Shown here: positions 1 through 7,579 of the stretch, piece after piece
How positions within the stretch are numbered: position 1 is the stretch's first letter
Layout: the number at the start of each line of letters is the position of its first letter
Sequence record: JN377895.1
Length of the DNA stretch: 24,000 bases
Direction: 5' to 3' (one strand)
Source: Aeromonas phage Aes012
The notes under the pieces: model-generated
Databases searched by the model: none
What the model saw: only the letters and a program-made list of their open reading frames with translations
What the model was told of the DNA's origin: nothing
Made by a program: the position numbers and the translations under genes

Positions 1-2115
1 TTACTGAGCCCGGAGAATTTCGATATCTTTCATGATTTCAGGAGTCAATTCTATACCACTAACTGCAACTGCAAACAACAGAGGGTGTTTAATTTTCAAT
101 GACTCCATACGGGCATAGAACATTTCAGAATACTTTTTATTCTGTTCATCAACATATTCTTTGATTTCAGCAAAATCGGCATAATCGGGATTTCCGATTT
201 CAACCCATTGGGATGCATCATTCAGGAAATCATCATTGCTTTCGTCAAACTTTTCGGTTATATCAATTCCAAGAATGCCCATTTGCTTAAGACGAATTGC
301 TTCTTCATAGTCACTGATATTAGGGCACTCGGCACTAAGAATATCAAAAGCATCTTTTGACACTTTGCACTGGTCATATGCCCACTTAAAACCGCATTTC
401 AAGCCAGGAGCCTTTACAGCTGCAGAACGCTTTCCATTATCGATAACGTAAACTTCGGTTGCTCCAATCTGCATCAATTTGTTAGGGGCATTACGCACCG
501 TGTACGGCGAAGCTTTAAGTGCAATTCTGTCAAATGTGTCGTCATACGAAATAACCGCAATTCCTTCAAGAGCTTTTATTTCGGCGGATGTCATGTAAAT
601 TAATTCAACGTCGAGAATGTCAGAATCATTCAGGTAATAACGATGAACGTTTGGCTTAGGATCGCGACGAGGAGACGTTTTGCGCTTATGTACCGTAAAT
701 GCTTTTCGAATATCATCCATTTCGCTAAATTTGAGAATTGAGCGTTCGCCAACATCAAACTTCTCACAAATAGCTTTCATGGTTCGGGCATATTGGGCGT
801 ACTCGTTTTTCTTCAGCTTACGAGTTTTGTTCAACACAACTATCGGAATGGTATTGCCAATATGATGATGATATGCCCGAACCATATTCGGAATGCCTTC
901 ACCAGTATCATTGATGAGAACATGCACTTTGCGCCGACTGATGCCAAAGATTTCTGTTGCATCTATATTGGAACTTCTCCACGAATATCCCGAGCGTGTA
1001 ACATGCTGACGCAAACTGCCGCCACGATATGCATAAACGGTAATGTCACAAAGCTTTGACATATTTGTATATCGATCAATAAGATCGTTAATTCGTTCGC
1101 CGTCAATGATCAAATCTGAAATAGCTTGGCGAACATAGTTGTTGTATCCGCTGGCTTTAATTACGGCTTTTCGTTTATCGGTTATTCCGTCAAATTCCTT
1201 CTTTACCGATTCGGCAAAGTTATCAGAAAAATCACGAAGTCGAGAAACGATGTAATCTTCGCCTTCTTTGGTCAGTGACAGTTCTTCCCGAGAAGGAGCA
1301 ATGTCTACTGAGCCAATGGGGCACTTGATATACGCGGCTTTGCCAGCATATCGAAATACCATATCGGATTCCAGGAGACGATGAGGGATCGGGTACACTA
1401 CTCCACCAATTACTGCATATACTTCTCCCGGACGGGCGAATTCGTCAGTATTGAAGAACGAATCTTGATTCGGAAATTCTTCAATGCTGCTTGCATCCAT
1501 ATTTGTGATGTAAGGCTTGCAGCGATCAAATGCCCTGTACACTTTGCGAGCTAGTACTTTCCAGCGAGCGTGTTCGTGCTCAGGAATCGGCACCAGAATC
1601 TCGAGACCATCTTCTTCAGTCGTCGGAGTAGTCGACATCGGTGTAGCAAATGGTTCTCCATTATCCATATACATGTTGTAGACGGTACACAGACCTTTTT
1701 GATAGCTTTTTACTGTGAAACCGCCACCCGACTCACTGTATGCAAATGGAGACTTGCAGCCAAGACCGAAACCGCCGATTGAATCATCGGAACCATCTTT
1801 GGTGGAAGCAAAATAGACAGTGAAAATTTCATCAACTTGCTCTTGTGTCAGCCCAGTTCCGAAATCACGGATTACGAACCATGGGTAAATTGAAGTTGGG
1901 AGAGTGACGTTGAATGGAATATGTCCTTTTCCGAGTTCACAATGGATATCAACCGCATTACACGAAAGCTCGCGCAAAACTGCTTCAGCTTTGTCTTTAT
2001 AAAGCTTTTCAGAAAGTACTTGGAATGCCTTCCGCCCGGCCTGGATTTTAAACCCGGTCCGTTTAGAAGGTGCATTACCAAACATCACATCTTGTTCGTT
2101 AGAACCAATAATCAT
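1..2115 (-). CDS. rIIA: rIIA-like protein (GHKL-type ATPase fold; protector from prophage-induced early lysis)
   Basis: 704-aa ORF with N-terminal GHKL motifs (AVLRELSCNAVDIH, FVIRDFGTGLTQEQV, GGFGLGCKSPFAYS); located near 39/60 as in T4; stop codon TAA at 3..1, so the 3' end is complete. Confidence 0.9.
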   Translation of the reverse strand: MIIGSNEQDVMFGNAPSKRTGFKIQAGRKAFQVLSEKLYKDKAEAVLRELSCNAVDIHCELGKGHIPFNVTLPTSIYPWFVIRDFGTGLTQEQVDEIFTVYFASTKDGSDDSIGGFGLGCKSPFAYSESGGGFTVKSYQKGLCTVYNMYMDNGEPFATPMSTTPTTEEDGLEILVPIPEHEHARWKVLARKVYRAFDRCKPYITNMDASSIEEFPNQDSFFNTDEFARPGEVYAVIGGVVYPIPHRLLESDMVFRYAGKAAYIKCPIGSVDIAPSREELSLTKEGEDYIVSRLRDFSDNFAESVKKEFDGITDKRKAVIKASGYNNYVRQAISDLIIDGERINDLIDRYTNMSKLCDITVYAYRGGSLRQHVTRSGYSWRSSNIDATEIFGISRRKVHVLINDTGEGIPNMVRAYHHHIGNTIPIVVLNKTRKLKKNEYAQYARTMKAICEKFDVGERSILKFSEMDDIRKAFTVHKRKTSPRRDPKPNVHRYYLNDSDILDVELIYMTSAEIKALEGIAVISYDDTFDRIALKASPYTVRNAPNKLMQIGATEVYVIDNGKRSAAVKAPGLKCGFKWAYDQCKVSKDAFDILSAECPNISDYEEAIRLKQMGILGIDITEKFDESNDDFLNDASQWVEIGNPDYADFAEIKEYVDEQNKKYSEMFYARMESLKIKHPLLFAVAVSGIELTPEIMKDIEILRAQ

Positions 2116-2127
2116 TATATGTTTCCT

Positions 2128-2394
2128 TTATTCAGTAATATCGAAATATTCGTGCTCACCCCAGAAAACCCATGCGTGATCTTCACACTGACCACCGTCA
2201 TACACAAACACTCCAGCGACTTGATTGCCGAAACCGTCAAGAACAGCCAATACTGGGGTTTTGTCATATTCATCTGCCGGTTCTTCTCGGCATTCCCACG
2301 TGTCCATACCGAGAGTGTGAGCAATCCATTCATTGCATTTGGCAATACGTGCAAATGCTTTGCGATGTTCTTCGGATTTAAAGGTGATTTGCAT
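2128..2394 (-). CDS. small accessory protein of a local 'MxxxFKSEEHRKAFA' family
   Basis: ORF 2128..2448; internal ATG at 2394 (MQITFKSEEHRKAFARIAKCNE) preceded by GGAATATAATT is the better start. Confidence 0.6.
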   Translation of the reverse strand: MQITFKSEEHRKAFARIAKCNEWIAHTLGMDTWECREEPADEYDKTPVLAVLDGFGNQVAGVFVYDGGQCEDHAWVFWGEHEYFDITE

Positions 2395-2396
2395 AA

Positions 2397-2657
2397 TTAT
2401 ATTCCTTTTTTCATGCGGTGTTCCATTTCGGAAACAATCTGACTCCAATTGGAACCATAGAGATTCGCTTCATGTACGAGGCCCAAATGACATAGCCGGC
2501 CAAGTTCTTTACGGGTTGCAATACCAGCTTTGATATTAGCAATAATTGGGTTAACTTCGTCGCTCAGTTCATCGGCAGTTTCTTCATCACCCATGAATCG
2601 TACATTGATGCGACAAATTCGAACCAGAGCTTCAGATATTTCTTCATGCAGGGTCAT
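2397..2657 (-). CDS. hypothetical protein
   Basis: 86-aa ORF with SD-like AAAGGAGGTCATT directly upstream; tightly packed with the next gene. Confidence 0.65.
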   Translation of the reverse strand: MTLHEEISEALVRICRINVRFMGDEETADELSDEVNPIIANIKAGIATRKELGRLCHLGLVHEANLYGSNWSQIVSEMEHRMKKGI

Positions 2658-2775
2658 AATGACCTCCTTTGTTTTTCTACTGGTGTTATCCTAACACAGT
2701 AAACATTACAATGACACAGTTAAAGTTAAAATAATTTTAGGATTAACTGGGTTGAACCTGGATAATACCTTATTC

Positions 2776-2850
2776 TTATGTGAATGTATTATTGACTAAA
2801 CTATTGAGTTCAGCCAGGTTTACCTGGTTCGACCCTGTCGAACTAACCAT
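2776..2850 (-). CDS. possible 24-aa leader peptide (MVSSTGSNQVNLAELNSLVNNTFT)
   Basis: ATG at 2850 preceded by AAAGGATAAAA; too short for the supplied ORF track. Confidence 0.2.
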   Translation of the reverse strand: MVSSTGSNQVNLAELNSLVNNTFT

Positions 2851-2940
2851 TTTTATCCTTTATGGCTTAATAGATATTATAACTAAAAGGATAAATTCGA
2901 GCTTCGCTCGAAGAGGCAAAGCCTCAAACTGTTTTGATAC

Positions 2941-2964
2941 AAAAAAGCCGGGCGGCTGCCCGGC
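2941..2964 (-). terminator. Rho-independent terminator
   Basis: Minus strand GCCGGGC AGCC GCCCGGC TTTTTT (7-bp GC stem, then a T-run). Confidence 0.85.
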
Positions 2965-2967
2965 CAG

Positions 2968-3216
2968 TCAATCAATGAACTCGAAGAAGCAAGTTTCGTC
3001 GCTAGCGATAGACTCGAACACCACACCATCAATGACGATGTCGAACCAGCCAGCAAATGGAGAATTGAGTTCGACAACGTCGAACTCTTTCATTCCCAAA
3101 TGACGAGCGATGCGACGGTTGTTATTTGTGTCGCCCAGAGGGCCAATTGCCCAACGCTTTTCGCCGTAGTCGATGAACTGCTGACGTGCTTCTTCAGATT
3201 TGAAACGTGCTTTCAT
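2968..3216 (-). CDS. small accessory protein of the local 'FKSEE' family
   Basis: MKARFKSEEARQQFIDYGEKRW...DETCFFEFID; ATG at 3216 preceded by AAAGGAGAATAAA. Confidence 0.65.
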   Translation of the reverse strand: MKARFKSEEARQQFIDYGEKRWAIGPLGDTNNNRRIARHLGMKEFDVVELNSPFAGWFDIVIDGVVFESIASDETCFFEFID

Positions 3217-3217
3217 T

Positions 3218-3433
3218 TTATTCTCCTTTCGCCAATTCAATTTGAACGTATTCGATGTATGAAGCAGCTTTCTTGCCGCCGAGACGCTTTGCTTTCTTTG
3301 TGCCTTTAATGTTCATGAAAACTGACGGGGAATCAGTTTCAACACCGTAAACATTGACAAAGGTATCAAGATACGGGGAGAAGAACATTGCATGGGATTT
3401 AACATTGCCGAATGCTTCGGTGAAGTTGATCAT
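3218..3433 (-). CDS. hypothetical protein
   Basis: 71-aa ORF between two packed small genes; SD GGAG upstream (CATGGAGTAATTTAAAATG). Confidence 0.6.
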   Translation of the reverse strand: MINFTEAFGNVKSHAMFFSPYLDTFVNVYGVETDSPSVFMNIKGTKKAKRLGGKKAASYIEYVQIELAKGE

Positions 3434-3475
3434 TTTAAATTACTCCATGTTTTGCAGTTTGTTTAACTTGAGGCT

Positions 3476-3505
3476 ATAGTATCCCATAGCCTCGCGGTTG
3501 TAAAC
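3476..3505 (-). promoter_or_regulatory. early-type sigma70 promoter (GTTTACA-N17-TACTAT)
   Basis: Minus strand GTTTACAACCGCGAGGCTATGGGATACTAT in an intergenic gap; matches four other local copies of the pattern. Confidence 0.6.
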
Positions 3506-3520
3506 TGCTTTGTTGTGAAA

Positions 3521-3772
3521 TTATTCAATAATTTCCATGAAATAATGAAGTTCTTCGTCGTCGAAAATGATTCCGCCACCACCAGTTGATTCCGGCAGCT
3601 CAATCATCACACCATCGGAATCGACCAAACGGTATTGAACATTTTTGTTTGGATCAAACCGAGCCAAAAATTCGTCTGGCATGAATTTCTCGAATTCAGC
3701 GTTGTACGAGGCAGATTTAGCAAAAGCTTTACGATGTTCCGGGGATTTGAATTTAACTCGAACGATTTTCAT
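3521..3772 (-). CDS. small accessory protein of the local 'FKSPEHRKAFA' family
   Basis: MKIVRVKFKSPEHRKAFAKSASYNAEF...ELHYFMEIIE; SD AAGGAGTACATC upstream. Confidence 0.65.
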   Translation of the reverse strand: MKIVRVKFKSPEHRKAFAKSASYNAEFEKFMPDEFLARFDPNKNVQYRLVDSDGVMIELPESTGGGGIIFDDEELHYFMEIIE

Positions 3773-3802
3773 GATGTACTCCTTAGTTGATTTGATGGAG
3801 CC

Positions 3803-3832
3803 ATAATACCATTCACTTTAAGCGTTGTACAC
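3803..3832 (-). promoter_or_regulatory. early-type sigma70 promoter (GTGTACA-N17-TATTAT)
   Basis: Minus strand GTGTACAACGCTTAAAGTGAATGGTATTAT. Confidence 0.6.
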
Positions 3833-3839
3833 TGTTTTT

Positions 3840-3870
3840 CAAAAACAACAAAGGGCTCCGAAGAGCCCTT
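3840..3870 (-). terminator. Rho-independent terminator downstream of gene 60
   Basis: Minus strand AAGGGCTC TTCG GAGCCCTT TGTTGTTTTTG. Confidence 0.85.
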
Positions 3871-3872
3871 TT

Positions 3873-4369
3873 TCACTGTGACATCCATTGTTTTCGAAGT
3901 TCTGCTTCATCGCCAAGCAGCATTTCGAACAATTCTTCCCAATCGGGTCCAAGATCGACGATATCATATTGAGGGTTATTAACAACTTCGGAATATTCAT
4001 GTTCGCGAAGTGAACCCAATCCTTTGATGTATCGAAGTTCCCAACCTTTGTACTTTTCCTTTTGCGCATCAAACTCAGTTATGGTATAAAACCACTTGGT
4101 CTGCTTTCCTTTAGAAAGAATGACTACTGGAGTTTTTACGAATCGTACGCAGCCCCGGTTGTATAGTTCTGGCCAACGACTAAAGAACGCGAGTAGACAT
4201 GGGTAAATTGAACCTTGACCGTCGATTAACCCCGCTAGTCTGGGTCCGCATCAGTCATGATGGCAACGTTTTTATATTTCATGTTGCTAGTCACACCACG
4301 CCGAGTGTTTGTCTGCGCCATATACCGGGCCATATCCACGTTTGTAATTTTAACTGCTTTTGCACTCAT
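3873..4369 (-). CDS. 60: DNA topoisomerase II medium subunit (gp60), interrupted in the Toprim motif by a 17-nt gap that probably requires translational bypassing
   Basis: Codons 1-44 (4369..4238): MSAKAVKITNVDMARYMAQTNTRRGVTSNMKYKNVAIMTDADPD, then TAG. Codons 45-159 (4220..3873): GQGSIYPCLLAFFSRWPELYNRGCVRFVKTPVVILSKGKQTKWFYTITEFDAQKEKYKGWELRYIKGLGSLREHEYSEVVNNPQYDIVDLGPDWEELFEMLLGDEAELRKQWMSQ, then TGA. End-to-end resemblance to recalled T4 gp60. SD GGAG upstream of ATG 4369. Confidence 0.88.
4221..4237 (-). promoter_or_regulatory. candidate 17-nt ribosomal bypass gap (TAGCGGGGTTAATCGAC) between take-off GAC (4240..4238) and resumption GGT (4220..4218)
   Basis: Matched GAC take-off and landing triplets, stop codon directly 3' of take-off, and homology restored only if exactly 17 nt are skipped. 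Confidence 0.7.
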
Positions 4370-4562
4370 TTATGAACTCCACAAATTCTTTGTCGCTGTA
4401 TGGGTTATAACCGTCTTTGTATTTTCTAAACAGACGATTGAGATATTTCGTAGATGTTGGGTTTATTCCAATTTCTTTTATACATCGAGATAAACCAGTT
4501 TTCTTTGGATGATTTTCATTGTAATACAAAACAAACCAATCATAAACCCGTTGGTAATTCAT
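4350..4562 (-). CDS. 70-aa hypothetical protein inserted between genes 39 and 60
   Basis: MNYQRVYDWFVLYYNENHPKKTGLSRCIKEIGINPTSTKYLNRLFRKYKDGYNPYSDKEFVEFINECKSS; ATGA overlap with the gene 39 stop; overlaps the gene 60 start by 20 nt. Confidence 0.65.
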   Translation of the reverse strand: MNYQRVYDWFVLYYNENHPKKTGLSRCIKEIGINPTSTKYLNRLFRKYKDGYNPYSDKEFVEFINECKSS

Positions 4563-6103
4563 ATCAGTGTTTTTGCTTGAACCCACTTGTTATCGATTAG
4601 AACCTCGTCGTTCTCGTTGACTATGGTCATAACGCCATCCAGCTCAATCTCGTAGAAATCTCCATCAGGCAATTTTTTGAATGGGTTTGGTTCGGCTAAA
4701 TCGAGACCCATGATTGCACAGATATCGGCCAATTCTCGGTTCTTTAACACATCAGAACCTTTCATTCCCCAAGTGTTCATAACCTTTCCACGAAGAGCAT
4801 ATCCGCCATGCAACTCGCTGTCACGAACACTCAACAAATAACCAATAGCCGAATCACCTTCCGTCAGGAACAGCGTAGTCTCCTTGGTGGTATCACCCCA
4901 GGAACCGGCCTTTATATGCTTAGCGACTTTGGTTTTTGCTGCTGCTTTTTGGGCTTTCGTCAACGCCGCTTTTTCTGCAGCCAGGTGACGAGCAAGAGCA
5001 GCCTCGATGATTGGCATCAGGATAGCATCATTGTTCATGATTTGCTTTCCTAATTTTTTGAAATCCAGCTCAATGTGTGATTTCACTTCGCCAAGTGGAT
5101 TAGTCAAACGTTCCTTCGTCTGAGAATCAAACCGAAGATTACTCATTCCACGAACAATCACAATCATTGTCAAGCATTCTTTAATTCGAGCTTTGCTTAT
5201 TTCAATTTTATGCTTTCGTTTGATTGATGGAATAAGTTCGTCGGCAATGCCATCTATCAAGTAATCAATGTGGGACCCACCGTTCTTGATATTCAAACCA
5301 TTAACATAACTGACTTGACGGAATCCTTCAGGAGAATTGCAGATTGCGATGCTAAAATTATCATTTTCGAGAATGAGAGATTCATCACCGAACATTTTAG
5401 CATATTCTGCAAACTTCATTGAAGCCACTTCACCGTTGATGGTGAATTTAATCTTCGGGAACACCACGGACAATGCCGTGATTCGATCAGAAATGATATC
5501 TACTATCTGCTGATCGATCGTTTTTCCTTCAAAGTGCTTTTCATCAGGGATGAAATATACCGACGTTCCTTTGATTTTACCCGGCTTGGTTTCCCAATTG
5601 ACTTGAGATGCACCATCAGAGCAAGTGACAGTGAGAAAGTTTTTGCCATCGCACGTTTCGCCAATAAAAGTCTTTGAGAAGAAGTTCGTCAGAGAAGAAC
5701 CTACGCCATTCATCCCCATTGATACACGGTTAGTATCGTCGAAGTTTGAGCCTGCCATAGTTTGTGTCCAGGCAGCAACAGGCTTGGGCATTTCTCCGTC
5801 TGGAGTGTTTACCAACGATTGAGGAATACCTCGGCCGTTATCCACTACAGTCACAGAACCTTCAAGCAAATCAAAGCGAATATCAATCTTATTTGCAAAT
5901 TTAAAATCGGTACGAATACCTTCGTCAACCGAGTTATCGATGATTTCGTCGATGATTTTTACCAGACCCGGAACATAAGAAACGGATTGATACTTACCAA
6001 ACAAGAATCGCTCATGTGGTTCATATGCAACAGAACCTACATACATATTTGGGCGAAGAATTACGTGTTCGCGAGGAGTTAGAACTTTGAATTCATCAGA
6101 CAT
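4559..6103 (-). CDS. 39: DNA topoisomerase II large subunit (gp39), split at the same region as in T4
   Basis: 514 aa with GHKL ATPase motifs (IIDEIIDNSVDEG, VVDNGRGIP, GMNGVGSSLTNFFS) and the start of Toprim (LFLTEGDSAIG, LRGKVMNTWGM), then terminates before DxDxDG. Confidence 0.95.
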   Translation of the reverse strand: MSDEFKVLTPREHVILRPNMYVGSVAYEPHERFLFGKYQSVSYVPGLVKIIDEIIDNSVDEGIRTDFKFANKIDIRFDLLEGSVTVVDNGRGIPQSLVNTPDGEMPKPVAAWTQTMAGSNFDDTNRVSMGMNGVGSSLTNFFSKTFIGETCDGKNFLTVTCSDGASQVNWETKPGKIKGTSVYFIPDEKHFEGKTIDQQIVDIISDRITALSVVFPKIKFTINGEVASMKFAEYAKMFGDESLILENDNFSIAICNSPEGFRQVSYVNGLNIKNGGSHIDYLIDGIADELIPSIKRKHKIEISKARIKECLTMIVIVRGMSNLRFDSQTKERLTNPLGEVKSHIELDFKKLGKQIMNNDAILMPIIEAALARHLAAEKAALTKAQKAAAKTKVAKHIKAGSWGDTTKETTLFLTEGDSAIGYLLSVRDSELHGGYALRGKVMNTWGMKGSDVLKNRELADICAIMGLDLAEPNPFKKLPDGDFYEIELDGVMTIVNENDEVLIDNKWVQAKTLI

Positions 6104-6139
6104 TAATATTCCTCATAATGAATTGATAGAGTAGTGCCC

Positions 6140-6148
6140 ATTATATCA
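6140..6148 (-). promoter_or_regulatory. extended -10 promoter element (TGATATAAT) upstream of gene 39
   Basis: TGnTATAAT match, about 37 nt upstream of the gene 39 start. Confidence 0.45.
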
Positions 6149-6229
6149 CTACTTTGTGTTTTGCGAACTTTCGCGTTTAATCTTTCCAGAAGGCACAAGA
6201 ATTTTCTATTGGAATTTGTGATCGCTCCA

Positions 6230-6540
6230 CTATAGCCGAAAGCATATCTCAAACTCTTGTCGAGTCACACTTGGTTTTTCAACAATTCGAATCTTGCACA
6301 TTGCATTGTAAAAATTATCAAAACTTAAGCCTTTGCATTTCGTGATAACTACGGCATGGCCGCTGTCTACCCAGCTTCGGCGACTGGACGTTCATCACAG
6401 CGTTCTGGCTGGTTCAGCGACTTGGCAAATTCACCTACTTCTTCCACCAACTTGCCCATCACAAAACCCATCGATCTTGCAGGAACAGCCATGCTAGCGT
6501 TAAAGCTGCTAGTCATATCGATTTTGACGTCATCAATCAT
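6230..6540 (-). pseudogene. MazG-like nucleotide pyrophosphohydrolase, apparently frameshifted
   Basis: ATG 6540 reads MIDDVKIDMTSSFNASMAVPARSMGFVMGKLVEEVGEFAKSLNQPERCDERPVAEAG then TAG (6369..6367). The -1 frame continues VDSGHAVVITKCKGLSFDNFYNAMCKIRIVEKPSVTRQEFEICFRL to TAG at 6232..6230. Confidence 0.45.
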
Positions 6541-6767
6541 TTTTGCTCCTCAAATTCAAAATATCGCTGTTCCTCGAGTGGAATTCCAATGTGGTATCCA
6601 AGGAAAGTAGCATTTGTTCTCAATGTCCCATCTGGCATTGTTTCGAGAACTTCAAGTTCTCCAGATTTGGATTTCAGTTCAAGCGTACTTGCCCACAACC
6701 TCTGCCCTTCCGTTTTGCAAAAACGCTGTTGATATTCGGAAAGAGGGATTTTCAATTTAATTTTCAT
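6537..6767 (-). CDS. small hypothetical protein
   Basis: MKIKLKIPLSEYQQRFCKTEGQRLW...YFEFEEQK; ATGA overlap with the next ORF; GAGG upstream. Confidence 0.6.
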   Translation of the reverse strand: MKIKLKIPLSEYQQRFCKTEGQRLWASTLELKSKSGELEVLETMPDGTLRTNATFLGYHIGIPLEEQRYFEFEEQK

Positions 6768-6981
6768 TTTGAACCTCAAAATATTGCTTGCAGTTTGCAG
6801 AAATTCTGCCGCGCCAACAACGACCGCAGACATTGAGAAGCCATTCTGGGCCATCATTGCCTATAACACGAAGTTGCCTCCCTTTTGCAAATTCAACAAT
6901 AGTCCTTGCCAATTTGTAAGATTGACTGTCTTGGCGGTTTGCATTTATGAAACCTTTCTCATCAACAAGACGAATTCTCAT
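6757..6981 (-). CDS. small hypothetical protein
   Basis: 74-aa ORF (MRIRLVDEKGFINANRQDSQ...) in a packed operon. Confidence 0.6.
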   Translation of the reverse strand: MRIRLVDEKGFINANRQDSQSYKLARTIVEFAKGRQLRVIGNDGPEWLLNVCGRCWRGRISANCKQYFEVQNEN

Positions 6982-6983
6982 TT

Positions 6984-7304
6984 TTATTGCTCGTATTCAA
7001 GTTTCACTAAAATTCGTTGTCCACGTTTCATGGAAACATCGACAATTCCCCTCAAACCAATCAGCTCGTACGCGTACGCGACAGATTGTGGGAAATTAGT
7101 CGCAATGATTTTGCGAATTTTCTCTTTATACTCAGCCATTTGAGCTTGAGACTCATTGTATGCCTTAGTCTTAAAGAGTTTGCCCCAAGTGTCTTGATTG
7201 TTTGCGCCAATAGAGTTCATTTCGATGAAAAGGTCATACAATTCCTTTTCAACTCCATGACTTTTTTCTTCGCATAGGAGCAATCTATGATTCGGAGCTC
7301 CCAT
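6984..7304 (-). CDS. hypothetical protein
   Basis: 106-aa ORF; start overlaps the preceding stop. Confidence 0.55.
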   Translation of the reverse strand: MGAPNHRLLLCEEKSHGVEKELYDLFIEMNSIGANNQDTWGKLFKTKAYNESQAQMAEYKEKIRKIIATNFPQSVAYAYELIGLRGIVDVSMKRGQRILVKLEYEQ

Positions 7305-7525
7305 CAGATTTTACCCTTCAGCTCTTCGTAGATACCTTCTTTCAGAACCCAAGTGGTACCTTCTGCGGTGATAACACGTTCGAGAACAGCAATTCGAGTA
7401 TTGCCTTCGAAAACATACAGAACAGTGGTATAGCAGAGATGCTCTTCGTGGGATTTCTCAACAACAGAAACCTTGTTGGAAAACATTACGTCGAGGAAGA
7501 AATCTTTGGAAATACGCATTTTCAT
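7304..7525 (-). CDS. small hypothetical protein
   Basis: MKMRISKDFFLDVMFSNKVSVVEKS...; SD GGAG nearby; exact Met uncertain (7525 or 7519). Confidence 0.55.
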   Translation of the reverse strand: MKMRISKDFFLDVMFSNKVSVVEKSHEEHLCYTTVLYVFEGNTRIAVLERVITAEGTTWVLKEGIYEELKGKI

Positions 7526-7550
7526 TACTCCATGTTTGTTTGATGTGGCC

Positions 7551-7579
7551 ATTATAAAACAGCCACATCAGTTGTACAC
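7551..7579 (-). promoter_or_regulatory. early-type sigma70 promoter (GTGTACA-N16-TATAAT)
   Basis: Minus strand GTGTACAACTGATGTGGCTGTTTTATAAT. Confidence 0.65.

Noticed and set aside
2805-2850. tRNA-like string (GGTTCGACCC ... AACTAACCA)
   Set aside because: GTTCGAC is half of an inverted repeat, no cloverleaf with a 7-bp acceptor stem or anticodon arm can be drawn, and the T-stem does not pair.
3839-4072. Track ORF MMRKRKSTKVGNFDTSKDWVHFANMNIPK... (77 aa)
   Set aside because: Wrong frame over the 3' half of gene 60. The alternative frame encodes a gp60-like C terminus (GWELRYIKGLGSLREHEYSEVVNNPQYD...), so this ORF is spurious.
4221-4240. Alternative landing scenario for gene 60: take-off from the earlier GAC (codon 42) to the landing GAC
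   Set aside because: It would produce DADGQG and destroy the Toprim DxDxDG motif, whereas take-off at codon 44 restores DADPDG.
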